A DNA stretch of 16,419 bases from an uncultured Deinococcales bacterium. GTDB lineage: Bacteria; Deinococcota; Deinococci; Deinococcales; JAAFIG01. The translations under genes were made by a program, and so were the position numbers. Positions 16,086 to 16,419 of this stretch are shown piece by piece; positions within the stretch are counted from its first letter, which is position 1; every line of letters begins with the position of its first letter. The stretch is taken from positions 5,220 to 21,638 of the forward strand of contig CAXTTL010000060.1 of NCBI GenBank assembly GCA_964247135.1. Direction: 5' to 3'. Below the pieces are notes generated by a model, which saw only the letters and a list, made by a program, of their open reading frames with translations, made no database searches and had not been told where the DNA came from.

Positions 16086-16419
16086 ATGAAAAAAATATTG
16101 TTTGTTTTATTTGCCATTTGCTCGAGCGTCGCCAGCGCCGCCCCATTTGTATTTCCTAAGAATTGGACGGTTTCACAACCAGCTCAAGAAGAAACTGGGG
16201 GAACGTTGCGCGATTTTATCACCCAGGATTATCAAACTTACAATCCATTTACCGATGTCTCCGCTGCGGGAAATGGTGTTGGAAGCGTCGTTAATGCTCG
16301 AGGATTGTTTATTCAAGACCCAATTACGGGTGAAAACTTGCCCTATATGGCAGAATCTTACTCGATTTCTGCAAATAAGCTGAACTGGACGATTAAAGTA
16401 CGCCAAGGCATGAAATGGT
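16086..16419 (+). CDS. ABC transporter peptide-binding protein, family 5 (OppA/DppA-like); 5' part only, runs off the window
   Basis: Absent from the ORF track; translated by hand as MKKILFVLFAICSSVASAAPFVFPKNWT..GGTLRD..TYNPF..GLFIQDPITGENLPYMAESYSIS..WTIKVRQGMKW. AAGG Shine-Dalgarno at 16076-16079. Confidence 0.9.
   Translation, partial: MKKILFVLFAICSSVASAAPFVFPKNWTVSQPAQEETGGTLRDFITQDYQTYNPFTDVSAAGNGVGSVVNARGLFIQDPITGENLPYMAESYSISANKLNWTIKVRQGMKW

Noticed and set aside
169-16302. CTCGAG copies as a CRISPR array, cloning scars or digest-ligation chimera
   Set aside because: Spacing is irregular, flanks vary, and conserved proteins read through the sites intact in all frames.
16102-16406. 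ORF-track entries 16102-16383 (+) and 16173-16406 (-)
   Set aside because: The real CDS is the frame starting at ATG 16086, which runs off the window.

Overview
A roughly 50% GC bacterial chromosomal window, most likely from Deinococcota (Deinococcus-type RecG N-terminus, Deinococcus-type family-5 solute-binding protein start, and many leaderless -10 promoters). It holds 14 complete CDSs plus one running off the 3' end: oligopeptidase B, a CsgG-like secreted protein, recG, a GNAT, a CxxC OB-fold-like protein, alkaline phosphatase, a VOC protein, Lrp/AsnC plus LysE, a Ca2+/H+ antiporter, a DUF1080-like protein, trmD, a TIM-barrel isomerase, a di-heme peroxidase-family protein and an ABC peptide-binding protein. 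The gene content is ordinary. The unusual signal is in the DNA itself. (1) The palindrome CTCGAG occurs about 110 times by hand count (about 1 per 150 bp, against about 4 expected). It sits in all reading frames, in intergenic DNA and inside promoters, and is depleted in two apparently foreign genes, like a HIP1-type highly iterated palindrome. (2) A 1.3-kb AT-rich islet with no integrase lies between two copies of the recG 3' end, with a CTCGAG-closed hairpin at the junction. (3) A leaderless 12-codon Pro/Leu-rich uORF is coupled to trmD. All counts and alignments were done by eye.
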